DNA of 64,000 nucleotides from Blepharisma stoltei ATCC 30299 (GCA_965603825.1 CBFDEM010000060.1:496001-560000); one strand, 5' to 3'. Counted from the stretch's first letter, positions 1 through 12,709 are shown. Numbers and translations: made by a program. The notes: generated by a model from the letters alone, not told the origin.

Positions 1-1
1 G

Positions 2-136
2 GTAGGCACTCATATGCTACTTGAACCTGCAATGCTCCCTGTAAGACTATTGATGACAGTAGGGATTGTTAGCTATTGGAATAGATGCTCTAGAAAAGCA
101 ATTTCAGAAGCAGGAAGAAGGCCTAGAAAGGTTTAA
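2..136 (+). CDS. 3' end of a small membrane protein (partial), probable paralog of the 480-965 gene; DUF1279/FAM210-like
   Basis: Frame 2 reads ..LLEPAMLPVRLLMTVGIVSYWNRC..KV to TAA at 134-136, resembling IFPVTIPLRLWLTIKIVKFWNK of the next gene. Confidence 0.45.
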   Translation, partial: VGTHMLLEPAMLPVRLLMTVGIVSYWNRCSRKAISEAGRRPRKV

Positions 137-479
137 ACGAAATAATGGCTTATTTTAAGCATAAAGGTTTAAAGTTAGTTAATTAGCACATGATAATTCA
201 AGATAGAAATAAGCATATTTAAATAATTTTGTTTAAGCAGTTTAGCATGTAATCAGCTATTATGAAAATTTATATAGACAGGTGCTCAAATACTTATCTT
301 TATGCATTTATATTTAGTTTAAAATATAAAATAATAATTACAAAATCTAAAATAATCCAGCTTGGCTTTAGACAATTAAATATTACTGCCAAATTCAAAA
401 ATAACTAAAAAATATTAATCAACTATCACTGCAAATTGAAAAATTTATCTTTAACTAAAATGAAATAGGCATTTTGGAA

Positions 480-965
480 ATGGCACTTAGTGAAAAGCTT
501 CAGGAGTATGGTGTGACAGAAAGTAATATCGTTAAAGCATTAGCTGCATATGTTTTTGTTGGCTATAGCTATACTTGATTTATGTTCGGATTTTGCTATT
601 ATTTTAAACCAATCCAAAAATTATCAAGAATTTTTAATACCAACAAGATCTATATAATGATGGAAAAGTCTTGCCTTAATGAAAACACAATAAAGGAGAC
701 TTCTTATTACTATCATATCAAAAATAACCCCAAAAAGCTAGAATTAAGCATGGCTTTTGCAGATCAAATTGCATTAAAATCATTAATTTTCCCCGTGACA
801 ATACCTTTAAGGCTATGACTAACCATAAAAATTGTGAAATTTTGGAACAAAATCACAAAGCCCACTACAGAAGCTTCCAATAATCTAAAAGAAGAGTTAA
901 AAACTGAGGAATCTATGCCTATCGGAGAAGTATTCACGAAAGAGCAAGAATTTAAATCTGAATAA
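480..965 (+). CDS. Small hydrophobic protein (161 aa), possibly DUF1279/FAM210-like
   Basis: ATG 480 (MALSEKLQEYG..) is in frame with ORF 582-818; two TGA=Trp; ends at TAA 963-965. Confidence 0.6.
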
Positions 966-1008
966 TAAAGCCATTGTTTTTAAGATCCTTATGAGTCGAA
1001 ATTTATTA

Positions 1009-2241
1009 TTAATCTTCTCTTTCCATATCTAAATCTTTTTTCTTTTGGAGACTGTCATTTGAGTATCGGGGGTTCGGGGTATTATAAAATGGAGTTTCTG
1101 TATAATTTGAAATTGTCGGGGACACCGCACTCACTTTTTCTTTAAGCATCGTTACAACTCTTTCTGCTGAGTGTCGAAGATATTCTTTTGAATTTTGGTT
1201 TTCCATATTGCTAATTGAAGGAATTAAAGAGAAATCAGGCCCGTAGTATCCTAAGTACTCATCCCAGTCTGGCAGCTTAAAATCCAGCTCACGCCCACAT
1301 ACAATTCCAGTTTCATATGCCCAGCATCTTGACACATTTCTTAGTGTGTATCCTCCTCCACCTATCAGTAAAACTGGCTTTCCAAAACTTTTTACATACT
1401 CGACACAAGCACCATGCCCTTTAATTGACAAATTAAAGCAGCCAAGCCTATCCCCTGACAAGCTATCAGCTCCAGACTGCAAAATAATGACTTCAGGGTC
1501 ATAAGTTTCCATAATTGTTGCAATGACAGGCTTGAATATCATTATATAGCTATCATCATCCATCCCTTCACTCAGTGGGACATTTACACTATACCCATCT
1601 CCAATCCCATGCCCAGTGTCATTAAAATTCCCAGTATCAGGAAAATAGTTCCCAAACTTATGGAAAGAACACGTCATGACTCTATTTGTGGTATAAAAAG
1701 CTTCCTCAACGCCATCACCATGATGAATGTCAATATCAATATAAAGCACTCTATAATGATTTTTCAACAGCTCTAAAGAACTTAATACACAGTCATTTAT
1801 ATAACAAAACCCGCTTGCTTCCTGCTGCTTTGCATGGTGGAAACCACCTGACCAATTAACTGCAATGTGATTTCTTCCTTCATTGATAGCGTTGGCGCCG
1901 ATTATGCTACCTGAGGTTGTAAGCTTGCAGAAATCCCATAAACCTTCAAAAATAGGGCAGTCTTCACCCATGTTAAAGCCAATAAAAAGGTCTAAATAGT
2001 CATTAAGATTGTCAGGGGTGACTGTTTTAAGAAAATCAATATAATCTTCAGTGTGAAAATAGGACAAATCTTCTTCAATTGTAACAGGAACTGCAGTGCC
2101 ATCAATTACTTCTAACTGATCAAGCATCCCATAATTCTGAAGCAAAGAATGGCACATTTTTACCCTATGCGGCTTCATTGGGTGCCCAAGACCATATATA
2201 AAATTCCCTATTTGGTCATCGAAATAATAAAGCACCTTCAT
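1009..2241 (-). CDS. Class I (RPD3/HDAC1-type) histone deacetylase
   Basis: GHPMKPHR, NWSGGFHHAK, SGFCYIND, YIDIDIHHGDGVEEAF, GADSLSGDRLGCFNL and GGGGYT motifs. Confidence 0.97.
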   Translation of the reverse strand: MKVLYYFDDQIGNFIYGLGHPMKPHRVKMCHSLLQNYGMLDQLEVIDGTAVPVTIEEDLSYFHTEDYIDFLKTVTPDNLNDYLDLFIGFNMGEDCPIFEGLWDFCKLTTSGSIIGANAINEGRNHIAVNWSGGFHHAKQQEASGFCYINDCVLSSLELLKNHYRVLYIDIDIHHGDGVEEAFYTTNRVMTCSFHKFGNYFPDTGNFNDTGHGIGDGYSVNVPLSEGMDDDSYIMIFKPVIATIMETYDPEVIILQSGADSLSGDRLGCFNLSIKGHGACVEYVKSFGKPVLLIGGGGYTLRNVSRCWAYETGIVCGRELDFKLPDWDEYLGYYGPDFSLIPSISNMENQNSKEYLRHSAERVVTMLKEKVSAVSPTISNYTETPFYNTPNPRYSNDSLQKKKDLDMERED

Positions 2242-2282
2242 ATTAATTTTATTATAGATTTAAAAAATGAGGGATTATTGGG

Positions 2283-2826
2283 TTAAATATAATAAGAATA
2301 ATATTTTGACGCCAAATCATAAATGACTCCAAAGGTGTGACCAATTTCTGTAGAAAGGATGACAGGGAAAGGATATTTCTGCCAATCAGTATCAAAATCA
2401 ACGTCTAAGGGCAGCTGAGATATAACAAATAAGGTAAATGCTATGGTAATATATTGCTGTGTTTGGTATTTCCCTTGCAGAACTTTTGGAAGAACTATAT
2501 AAACTATAACCAAGCTATTAATCCAGATAAGCTGATAGCCTATTTGTAAAATACTCTAAAGACGCGCCTAGTAATATGCTTGCAGAAACTGCATATAAGC
2601 TCTCTCAGAACAACTTAACGTGGGGATTAATAAGATGCTGATTAGATTTTACATGAAGTTTTACTCTGTTGAGCTTTGTTGCTATAAATAAATACCCTGG
2701 AGTATATAAAATAGCGAAAGACACTAGAAACCTTGTTGTGTCTTGAAAAAAGTTAAAGAGATTTAAACACATGGTCCAGCAGGTTAACTTTAAAATCAGT
2801 ATCCATATTTCGCCTTTTCCAAGCAT
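2283..2826 (-). CDS. PIGF: GPI biosynthesis protein PIG-F/Gpi11-like (exon junction unresolved)
   Basis: C-terminal LPLDVDFDTDWQKYPFP resembles PIG-F PLDWDRPWQ.WP; upstream part ..KLF(TGA)ESL..LLGASL; candidate 15-nt introns 2638-2652 and 2540-2554 still leave a 1-nt frame discrepancy. Confidence 0.6.
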
Positions 2827-2851
2827 TCTTTATATACTCTTAATAGATAAA

Positions 2852-3262
2852 ATGGATGATTGAACACCTATTGAAGGCTCAGTTTTAAACACTATAACTG
2901 TTGATGCTACTGACAAAGCAATAAAAAAGAAAATGAAAGAGCTTGATATAGAAGAAGAATTCCATGATCCCTCTTTAGATATCAAATTAGAATCTTGGAG
3001 CCTTAATACATTCGGAAAGCGTTCTGAAACCGTCTTATCCTGTCCTAGCTGCTTCTCAGTAATTACTTATAACTCAATCCCTCAAGAAAAATCATTCCTT
3101 TCGAAAAAAACCATAAATACCTCTTTCTCAAAAACTGTTGGGACTTCAGAAAATGATATAAATTTCCTCATAAATTGCAAAATCTGTATGGCTGAGCTAG
3201 GGGTTTATGATCCAAGCCTAAAAAATTACCATTTGTTATATTGCCTCCCAGGATATGGCTAA
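2852..3262 (+). CDS. EAPP (E2F-associated phosphoprotein) C-terminal-domain protein
   Basis: ATG 2852 MDD(TGA=W)TPIE.. joins ORF 2933; FHDP..D..LESW, SETVLSCPSC and CKICMAELGVYD zinc-binding pattern. Confidence 0.7.
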
Positions 3263-3304
3263 AGAAATTGTGTTTAATATGATAATTAATTTACTTAAAA
3301 TTCG

Positions 3305-3790
3305 CTAGTCGCTGCTATTCATCGGCATAGCTTGAGTGTTCGCTATAAACCGTCCTTTAACTCTTAATCTCTTATCTGCAACTTGTTTTCTGCAATTGTA
3401 GCTCACTCTTTTGCCCCAATGTCTCCTTTTCTTCTTCTCTTGGAATTTTCGAATTTTCAATTTTCTCTCCTCAGGAGTTAGACCACCGATCCTTTTCAGA
3501 GTCGTGGGTACTAGAATTTGAAAAGCAATGGGCATTTTAGGCTCCTCATTTGTGTAGTCGTCTAAGATGTGAGGGCTGAGGGTGACATTGAATGAGGAAT
3601 CTTTGAACTGCGAGTTGCAATCTTCATCGTATGGGTCTGTGTTGAAATCTGTGGTGTTAGAGCACGTGGAAGAAGAGAGGAGATCGAAAAATGAGGAAGA
3701 TCTCTCTCGTTTACCGATTTGACATAAGTCAAAATCAAGGAGATTTTGCTCCAAGTCAGTTTGGCCTTGTTCCCAAGCGGATAAAAACAT
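3305..3790 (-). CDS. CCT-motif protein
   Basis: ERKLKIRKFQEKKKRRHWGKRVSYNCRKQVADKRLRVKGRF is a CCT motif; first in-frame ATG at 3790 (start uncertain). Confidence 0.88.
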   Translation of the reverse strand: MFLSAWEQGQTDLEQNLLDFDLCQIGKRERSSSFFDLLSSSTCSNTTDFNTDPYDEDCNSQFKDSSFNVTLSPHILDDYTNEEPKMPIAFQILVPTTLKRIGGLTPEERKLKIRKFQEKKKRRHWGKRVSYNCRKQVADKRLRVKGRFIANTQAMPMNSSD

Positions 3791-4156
3791 ATTTTTATTG
3801 GACTGCAACAGAAAATGACTTCACTGAATGGCATCAAGTTAAATTTCTCGTCTAGATTATTCTTTATAACAAACATAAAAATAAGTGTTTGGTAAGAATG
3901 AAATAGAATAAAATTTATTATGTGGTGTATTTTTCACTTTATTGAAATTTACAAGAGAGTAACAAAATTACATTTGAAATGAAGATAAATGCAGAAACAG
4001 CTTAGATAATAATTAAATAACTGCCAAATATTTTTCTTTTCTTTTTTAAACCAATAATCCAAAAACTGCTGAGGCCTCTTAAAACAGAAAATTAAAAGGG
4101 AAGCTTAAAATTTCCCATATAAAAAACTAGCTTTATTTTCTTTAAATCAAAGAAAC

Positions 4157-5585
4157 TTAAATAATTCTATGGTATTTTACATCTCTTTTTTCATCTTTAT
4201 TAAGTAATGGACTCATACTATCTGATTCTGTTTTTCTTCTATTGATGGATTCATCCAAGCCATAAGCAAAAATAATGCACACTAACCCAAAAATCGCAAA
4301 AATAATAAAAATAAAGTGTGAATTCAACGGATACCCTAATCCACTATTAAGAGATCAGCCAAATATAGTCCCTGCTAAAGCTGGGCCTATAAACCTACAC
4401 AAGCTAACAGAACTTTGTGCTATCCCATTAGCAGCTCCTAAGTAATTATAATCAACCGAATGATTTACTCCTAAGGTAACACTCGTAAACACACTGGCTT
4501 GAGTTGAAGCAAAGAAAATATACAAAACTATTATAGCGATTCATAAGCTCCAGCCTCCAAATACATGAATATTTGGAAGCATCAAAAAATCTATTATCAA
4601 AATTACTCATGCGACTTTAATCCATTGCAAAATCCCAAAATAATTCAATGCAGATGGCACTATAAAGGTCTGGAACAGTATTATTGATGCCCCTCCAAAG
4701 GACTGAACTATTCCTATATCAGCCTCGCTATTTCATTCTAACCCTCCATTTATTTTCAAAGCTCTGCACCAAAAAGTAAAAACTTCATTAAAACTTGAAA
4801 ATATAAGGGCACCTATTGAATGGATCGCCGCACATAACAAAAATTTTGAATTTTTTGTGAGCAAGCAAGGACTGATTTTTCTTTTTGATTTTTTTTTGGT
4901 TTCGTAGAGTGAAAAATATCCTACAGTGAAAATAAATAAAGATACAAATGAATTTGCAAGCGTTGGAAGAAAATAAGGGTATTGTCCTCAAAACCCAGAA
5001 GGAGAAAAAATGCTTGGAATTTTGTCAGAAATTCGTGATAATGTCCCTCCAATTATCGGGCCTACAGTCGTTCCTAACCCTCAAGCAATCCCTAAATAGC
5101 TGAATAGTTTAGATGAATTGGTATCATCTGTAATTTCTGCAGCATAAGCTCTAAAAATAGTCGCATTCCCATTAATTAGTCCATTTAAAGATCGAAAAAT
5201 AATCGCTCATGTATAATTAGGAGCAAGCCCTAATAAAGGTGCTGTAAATGCATTGCCAAGCATCCCTATCAATAATGTAGGTCTTCTTCCATACTTATCT
5301 GAAATAATACCCCTAAATTAAAAGTTACCAAAAAGGAGCACTCAGAAATTGAGCAAGATTGAAAGAAGAGACCAATAGTCCTGAATACAAAGAAACAATG
5401 CCGTCTGTAGATTTATCATTTCTATCCAGTCAGTAAAAAAAATCAGCTACCATATAAGCAATAAAAGGTAAAAGTACAGAATTTAATACGCCTTCAATGA
5501 ATATAGCCAGAACCACCACAAATGATTTTGCTTATTAGCCCTTACCTTTAGGAAGTGGCGTTTGCTTTTTCCTCCCTTTATTCAT
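4157..5585 (-). CDS. MFS transporter, ZIFL/drug:H+ antiporter-like (465 aa; 2 introns, 7 TGA-Trp); missed by the ORF track
   Basis: Introns 5531-5545 and 5313-5328; spliced product has WGIISDKYGRRP (MFS motif A), NYT(W)AIIFRSLNGLING, IA(W)GLGTTVGPIIGG and F(W)GQYPYFLP; TAA 4157-4159. Confidence 0.92.
5313..5328 (-). other. 16-nt spliceosomal intron GTAACTTTTAATTTAG
   Basis: Removal restores the frame and creates the W of WGIISDKYGRRP. Confidence 0.9.
5531..5545 (-). other. 15-nt spliceosomal intron GTAAGGGCTAATAAG
   Basis: Contains an in-frame TAA; GT-AG ends, A at position 10. Confidence 0.85.
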
Positions 5586-5702
5586 TTTTTATAAAATATT
5601 GATATTAAAATGACTGGGTCTAATACTAGTGAACCAATTTATAACGATTATTTATATAATGATTAAAATATTTGAAATTTATAACATAAATATTAAAAGT
5701 AT

Positions 5703-7103
5703 TTACACTTTAGCTTCAACTGCATCTTTTGCAGATTCCCATCTAGTTCTAAACAAAATCCACACTAAAAGGCATAAAGAAGTAAAATCTCCTATAAAAA
5801 GCCCAGTCCAAACCCCATGCAAGCCGAGATCGCCAAAAAACGCAAGAACATATCCTAAAGGTGACCCAATACAGTAATATCCGACCACAAAAACCCCAAC
5901 AACTTTGCTTTGCTTTGCAAGTCCTCTTAAAATCCCTACAATTGTGCAGCTACATGCACTAAGAAAAATATAAACACCTACTATGTAAGAAATTGAGCTC
6001 GTAATGTCAATTACATTTTCATCCTAAATAAAATTTACCTTGGTAAAAATTTCACTTCATGGAAATCCAAAAATTATGGTTGCAGTTGATATAGGAAGCA
6101 TGATGACGAGTAATATAATAAACGACGCTTTTACAAAAAGCAAAGCTTTTTTGGGCTTTGATTCTCCAATGGCTCTTCCAACTACTGAAGCCATAGTTAT
6201 GCTTAATCCAACAGGAAGCATATAAAAAAACCCATCAGCGCTGACAATTATTATATGTGCGGCTTGATAATCATGCCCGAGCAATGTAGCCTGGTATAAC
6301 GCAAATTCATAAAATACTGTTGGAATAAGTACATTTATTAAAGTAGGAATTGCATATTTTAAAAACACTTTAATGTTTTCGAAATAGTTACTGAAATCAA
6401 TTCCAGTTCTGCATTTCTTATCAAGTTTTTTAACTCTGACGACTGTAAATAAGACTATAACTAGGATTGAATAAGTCATGTTGGTTGCAATTGCGGCACC
6501 TACTTCATATAATTCAAAATAGACAATAAATAGATATCCAGAAAAGATATGTGACATAGAGGCTATCAAATAAGCTATAAAGCCAGGCCAAAAATGGCCT
6601 TGTGCTTGTAAATATCTTCTATAGCTTTCAGAAAACATTAAAAGGCCAATTGCTGGAATGTAGTATTTTATATAGTTACTTGCATATTTTGCAATTCGAG
6701 GATCGACTCCAATAAACACAAACCACGTCTCTGAGTTAAACCAAAATAAAAGCGACGTAAAATAAGCAATAGCCATAACTGATAAGCCTCTTTGAAACCA
6801 AATTCCTACTAAATGATATTGCTTTCTTCCAAAAGCTTGGGCACATAAAGTGTCTAATCCTCCACTTAATCCCATAGATAGAGATACCCCAATTATAACA
6901 ATTCAAGAATATCCTAACCCCATTCCTGCAAATCTGTACTTGTCTATATTTCCCACATATAAAAAACTCGTAAGCTTGATCACCACGTTTAAAAATTGAG
7001 ACACCACCACAGGTAAACTCAAAGAACCTAAGTGATAAACTGCTTTGCAAAAAGAAAAATCTGAACGTTTGTCGATTAAAGGCTCATTTCTTCGAGGCTC
7101 CAT
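5703..7103 (-). CDS. MATE family efflux transporter (461 aa)
   Basis: Three ORF fragments joined by TGA 6903-6905, TGA 6057-6059 and 15-nt intron 6024-6038 (GTAAATTTTATTTAG); GLDTLCAQAFG, GILRGLAKQ and GLHGVWTGL motifs. Confidence 0.93.
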
Positions 7104-8246
7104 AATAAATTAAGTTTATTGGAGTTTCATTAATTTAAGTAAAATGTTACCATAAGGAGTTGTTTTAATATTTTTTTCTTCAAATGTGTGAAATCTTTTA
7201 GAGTAAAGAAATTTATAAAGACAAAATTAATCGCAGCAAGGTAGGAGAAAATATTTAATGGCATAGGAAAATATTGGAATGGTAATTTTAGCTTTGAAAT
7301 TTAGTGATGTTTAGAAGATGAAGAGTTGATGAGGAGATATTTATAGTCATACAAACGTAAAAAAATATGATAAATTTAACATTCAATTTCATATTGAAAT
7401 AATTTTTTTTATTGTTAAAAATGCTATGCGATTGAGAGAGCTTATCAGTTGCAATTTATTGACAATTTTTTTAAAAGTTTTATTTAATAATTTGCATTTT
7501 TTATAGAATTGAGGTGAATTTGATAAAGAAATGATTTTATGAAATTTATAAAATTAATTGTTAATAAATATTAAGTCTAAAGTTTGAGGCTAAAAATATT
7601 AAAGATTTCCCGTTGATACAAAAATCAAAATCTAGCTTAAATAAATGGCATATAAAAAGGCATTTTCTATAATGATAATCCTTGTTAATTTTTGTTTTAA
7701 TTTGCTAGCTGGGAATATATTAGTAAAGCAAACCCTTTTCAATGTTTTAATTGCGATCCTTTCTTGCTCAAATAGAAAAAATATTTTAAATAAAAACTAA
7801 AAAGTAAAACTTATTATGTTTCTATCAAGTATATATAGGCAAACACTTTATATAAATTCATTTGCTGAGTAAAAAATTCAAAGTAAATATTTCAAACTAT
7901 TATTTGCTTACAAGTGAAGCTTTTTTAAAACTAAAAAAACCATATTTATTGACATGGAATAACAAAAAAATTTTATAATCATGAATTTCGTAGGATATCT
8001 GTCTATTTAGGATTCCAGATCTCAGATATTTAGGACTTTAAAAAAATGATTTAAATATACTAGCAAGTTTAATGCAAAATATGTGCCCATCACACTGATT
8101 TTTGCGGTTATTATCTATCTCAGTTCTATCTATACATTATATGTGAGCTAGTAAAGCAGACTATACTTAATTAATAAATAAAGATGTAATAAAAAAACTA
8201 TAAATGGAAAGAAACTTTTAATAAAGGCTAACTTAATATTAGCAGT

Positions 8247-8648
8247 TTATACTAAAAATCAAGTTATAGAATTAATTAGCTGAATTAATTGATCATGAGA
8301 TTTTGATAAGTGCTTTCTTAGATGATAGATTGAAGAGTATTGCTTGTTGCAGTCCATTATTGGGCAAGCAAATTTCTTAAGGTCATGAATCATTTTATGA
8401 TGATAAGACCTTGCGCTTGACGAAGAAAAAGCTTTATTGCATCCTTTTTCGCACTTATACGGCTTTTGTAAAGTATGCTTACTATTGCAATGCCTTTCTA
8501 ATTGCTCTTTAGTAGCAAACATTTTTCCACACCCACATGAAAATGGTCTATATCCTTGATGAACTACCTTAATATGTCTTTCTAGCGAGTAACGATGCTT
8601 GAAATTTTTACAGCAGCAGTTACATTGAAAAATTTCAATATATTCCAT
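8247..8648 (-). CDS. C2H2 zinc-finger protein (4 fingers)
   Basis: Repeated CxxC..F..L..H...H units with HQGYRPF and HTLQKPY linkers; TGA 8259-8261 read as W, then TAA 8247-8249. Confidence 0.88.
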
Positions 8649-8964
8649 CTTGAGAAAGATAATTAATTTCTGGTTTCATACTTAAAATGCATCAGTAGTT
8701 AATTGAAGATTTTACCTATTAAAAAAATTGAAGATTTTATTACGATCTTCATCCATTTTTAAACCCTATATATAGGCTATTTTCAATTAAATTCATTTAT
8801 GCTTCAAAAATTCTAATCAATGCCTTAGAGAAGCTGTTTCGGTTGATCAAAATAAATCATCAATTTTAATTTATTTGTGTTTGTAAAGAAAGCTAAGCTA
8901 TAATTGCTTAACATTTGATATAAAATAAATGCTATTATGTGCTTGATTATTTGACAAAAATATA

Positions 8965-9324
8965 TTAGCTTAGCTTTTTCTTAAGATTTTCGATCTCTTG
9001 TTTTGCTTTCCTGATTTCAATTCTTTTTAAAAGTCTGTCTTTATCAAAATACCGCACAGCAAGATATTTTCCTGCTACTTGCATCCCTTTCAAGTGGTCC
9101 ATTGCATTTTTAGCATCAAAAATATCTTCATAGACGATGAAGGCTGACCCTTTTGTATCCCCAGCAATTCCTTTCCTAATTTGTCTGATAGCGCCGTATT
9201 TTCCAAAAATTTCATATAGCTGCTCTGCAGTGATTTTTGTAGGTAAATTTTTTACATAAAGTATCCTATTAACTTCTTTTGGAAGTCTCATCTGTTCGCT
9301 AAGGTCCATTTTGCGTTCGTTCAT
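8965..9324 (-). CDS. SF3B6: Splicing factor 3B subunit 6 (p14)
   Basis: RLPKEVNRILYVKNLP..YEIFGKYGAIRQIRKG..KGSAFIVYEDIFDAKNA, the typical p14 RRM. Confidence 0.95.
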   Translation of the reverse strand: MNERKMDLSEQMRLPKEVNRILYVKNLPTKITAEQLYEIFGKYGAIRQIRKGIAGDTKGSAFIVYEDIFDAKNAMDHLKGMQVAGKYLAVRYFDKDRLLKRIEIRKAKQEIENLKKKLS

Positions 9325-9356
9325 TATGTAAATTATTTACATTTATTAAAATAAAT

Positions 9357-11975
9357 TTAAGGCAAAGGCACATCGCAATTTTTAAGTCAAGCGTCTAATT
9401 CGTCCTCATCACCATTTACTATTGCTAATTCTTTTTCTAGCTGTGATAAAAAGTCATCGTTTGGAATTACACTAGGGAGCTTTTTCTCTTCTTTTTTTAT
9501 CACTTTAGGTGACTTAGACTGTATAGGTCTAGTCTGCTTTTGCTGTGTAATGGATCTTGTCCTTTCAGGCGTTTTGCTCATACCTTTGACTGGCTCATTT
9601 TCTTTTTGTGAAATCCCTTTTGGCACGGGCGATTTTCCTAAATCATCTTCGTACACTTTGAAATTGGGAGATTTTGACCTTATATCACTTTTTGAATAAT
9701 TTTCATGCTCCTGTTGCTTTGAGATTGAATTTCTGACTCCTTCTTCGCTTGCTTTTAAGATTGGCGATTTGGAGCGTGAATCAATTTTTATGCTAATTTC
9801 ATTTTCCTTCTGGTTTGATTTTTTTATTGAGTTTCTTGGCAGATCATCATCATTTAGCTTCAATATAGGAGATTTTGACCGCGGCTCTATTTTTGGGTTT
9901 ACTGCTCTTTTTTTCTGAGTAATTCTATTTGACGAAGGAGAAGGAGAAACTGTTTTTAAGGATTCTTCTTTAGTAATCTGCTTTTGATGATTTTTAATGC
10001 GGCTTATACTAACTGATTGAGACCTGATTGGCGTTTCTTGCTCTTGCTGTTTTATTGTTAATTCAGGTTTAGTTTTCTCAGTTTTAGGAGAAGACGCTTT
10101 AATGGGTACTTCGAAATTTATTGGATTTTCAATCTGGATTTCTGCTTTTGGAGAAAATTCTATTGGTGGATGCTCAAATCCTTTTAAAAATTTAAAATCA
10201 CTCTCAAGCTTTGGCGAAATTGGCTTAACAGGGATTTCTTCTTGTATGGTTGATTGTTGTGTAGTGAACTGAGCTGCCATGCTTTCAGTCCTTGCAGGCT
10301 CATTTCTATTTTCTTTTTTGGCTTTCATAAGCTCTTTTACGCTTAATTTAATTTGTGGTCTCTGAGGAGGTTCCTGACTGACTATTTCTGGAAATTTAAT
10401 AACTGCAGGAGGCTCTTCATAACTAATAACAGGCTCTTGAGTCTCCATCATCGGCTTTAATGCTTCATTAGCTTCTTTATTAAAGCTCTCTACTATTTCT
10501 TTATTATGCTTGTAAGGAATTCCTCTTATCGCAGACTTCATAAACTGCGCATCTATTGCAACTCTTCCAAGCACATTTAAATTCTCAACCAATTTTTTCG
10601 CAAAAAACTGAACTTTATTCACAATCTGTGTCGATGAAAACTGGTCAAGCTTCACAAAAATATCTCCCATATAAGATTCATCACTAGAAAAATCATAATT
10701 AGAAATCGGATACGGAAACTGCTCTTCAGCTATTTCTCTATCACTTTTAGGTATAGAATTTCTTGTTTTATGCATTTCTTGTGTTAATTTTATTGAAGTC
10801 TGTGTCAATTTTGACAATAATCTCAATAAATAATAAATCACTTCTGAATTACTGTGGCTAAAAATAGGCATATTCTGCTGCTCCAGTTCTTTTATCCTAT
10901 ATATTAAGACTTCTTCTTTTTTTCGTAATTCTTCTAATTCTTCAAGCAAGCCACTAGGTATTTTCAGCTGAGGCTCAGGGTTTTCAGATTCTTCATCATA
11001 AAGTACAGGAAAACTAACCACTTCTTTGCATCGGGATGCAAATTGTAAAGTTGATATAGTTTCGCTGCCTGAAGCATAGCTTGGACCTACTGTTGCAATC
11101 ATGACAACTTTTCCACGCAATGAAGGCTGCAAAAGTCTTGTTAATTTTGAGTCACGGAATGGGATATGCCCAGAGGTTTCAGAAGCTAAAGCACATATAA
11201 CTTTTCCTAAAGCACTTAAAGAGCCATTAATGAACTTTGCTTCATCTAAACGTTGGCCTGAAGAGCTGGTTCCTCTTACTCGTTCACTGCCAGCGAGGTC
11301 AATTAATGTTAATTTTGAGTAAATTGTTTTTTCATTTATAGTCGATTCAATATCTAATGTAAGCACTATATGTGATCTTGATGAGGTCTGATTTGCATTG
11401 GTTGAGCCCATAATTCTATTACACAGCCCTGCATTAATCAAATTTGCTGCCTGAGAAAAATCGTCAACAGGCACCTGTGTCAAATCTTTAACGAAAATTC
11501 CAGAATTGGCATCTTCTCTAAGTAATAAAGTTTTTTTGGTCGGATTCAACAAATCATATATATTTTCCATATAAATCTGCAAAAAACTCAGAGTTACTGT
11601 GCCTTCTTTAACTCTTTCAAAAATATGTTTAATAGCTGCAGGCACAATTCCTTCAGATTTTGTTGTCACTTTTTTCAAAAGTCCCATTGTATGGGTTTTT
11701 CCTGTTCCTGTTTGTCCATATACAAATAAAGTACCATGATATCCTTCTAAAACACTATCAACTAGGTCTCTTGCTGTAGAATCATATACTTCTTCCTCAG
11801 TTGAATTTTCTTCTAAAACTGAGTCAAAATGGAAAGGGCGGATTGTATCTCGAGGAAAATAAAGTTTGAGGGTTTGGGGATCACTGATTTCTACACATTT
11901 TCGGAAATCTTTGGATTTAGTTTCTTCTTGACTGGCTGGGCGAACTCTTATATGAACTTTTACTTGTTCTTCCAT
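9357..11975 (-). CDS. Kinesin with N-terminal motor domain and low-complexity basic tail
   Basis: VHIRVRP, GQTGTGKT, SSRSH, DLAGSE and HIPFRDSKLTRLL; TGA 9387-9389 read as W extends to TAA 9357-9359. Confidence 0.95.
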
Positions 11976-12029
11976 TTAACTGAAATAATGATTAATTAAA
12001 TTAACACAAATAATTTGTGGGAATGCTGT

Positions 12030-12683
12030 CTATTTATATCGCTGAGGCACTTCGTAAAGCATTTTGGAGTTCACGATATTATTTTGTAAGTCTCTATCAA
12101 AGTCTTTATATTGGACTAAAGTATTAAACTGCTTTTTCATGGCTTTTCTGAATTTTCTGCTGTTTTTTGACATGTGCTCATAGACGAAATTTCTTTCATT
12201 TTCAAATAATTTTTCTTCAAATTTTCTTTGTAATGTATATTTATAATATGTAAAAATTTCAGATGCAATATGGTCAAGCTCCATTTCGCTTAGGTAGTTT
12301 AGCTCAATATCTTTGTATTTTTTTACTGCTTCAATTAAGGGCCGATTATATTTTAATAGAGCATCTTCATTTCTCTGATCACTTTTTCAATAATCAGGAG
12401 TTTTTTCAGTTTCTTCAAATTCGTCTGAGTTAGGGGTATTTTTGTCCTGTCCTGCTTCTTCTCTTTCTTCTTCCTCTTCTTTTTCAATGATTTCTGCTTT
12501 TATTTCTTCATGATTTATAATGCCAATAGAACTTTTTTCTTCTTCAATGTAGTTCGAATTAGAAAAATTCGACCTTATAGATTCTGGATTCATGTGGACT
12601 CTTGAATATTCACTTGATATATCTGGATCTTGAGCTGGCTCAGGAGAAAACAAGCACGAGCATATGTTCTTAAGCGAAATCAT
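12030..12683 (-). CDS. Hypothetical protein (217 aa)
   Basis: ORFs 12387-12683 and 12030-12284 are one frame joined through TGA 12387-12389. Confidence 0.75.
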
Positions 12684-12709
12684 TTTTATTATAGGAATTA
12701 CATAAAAAA

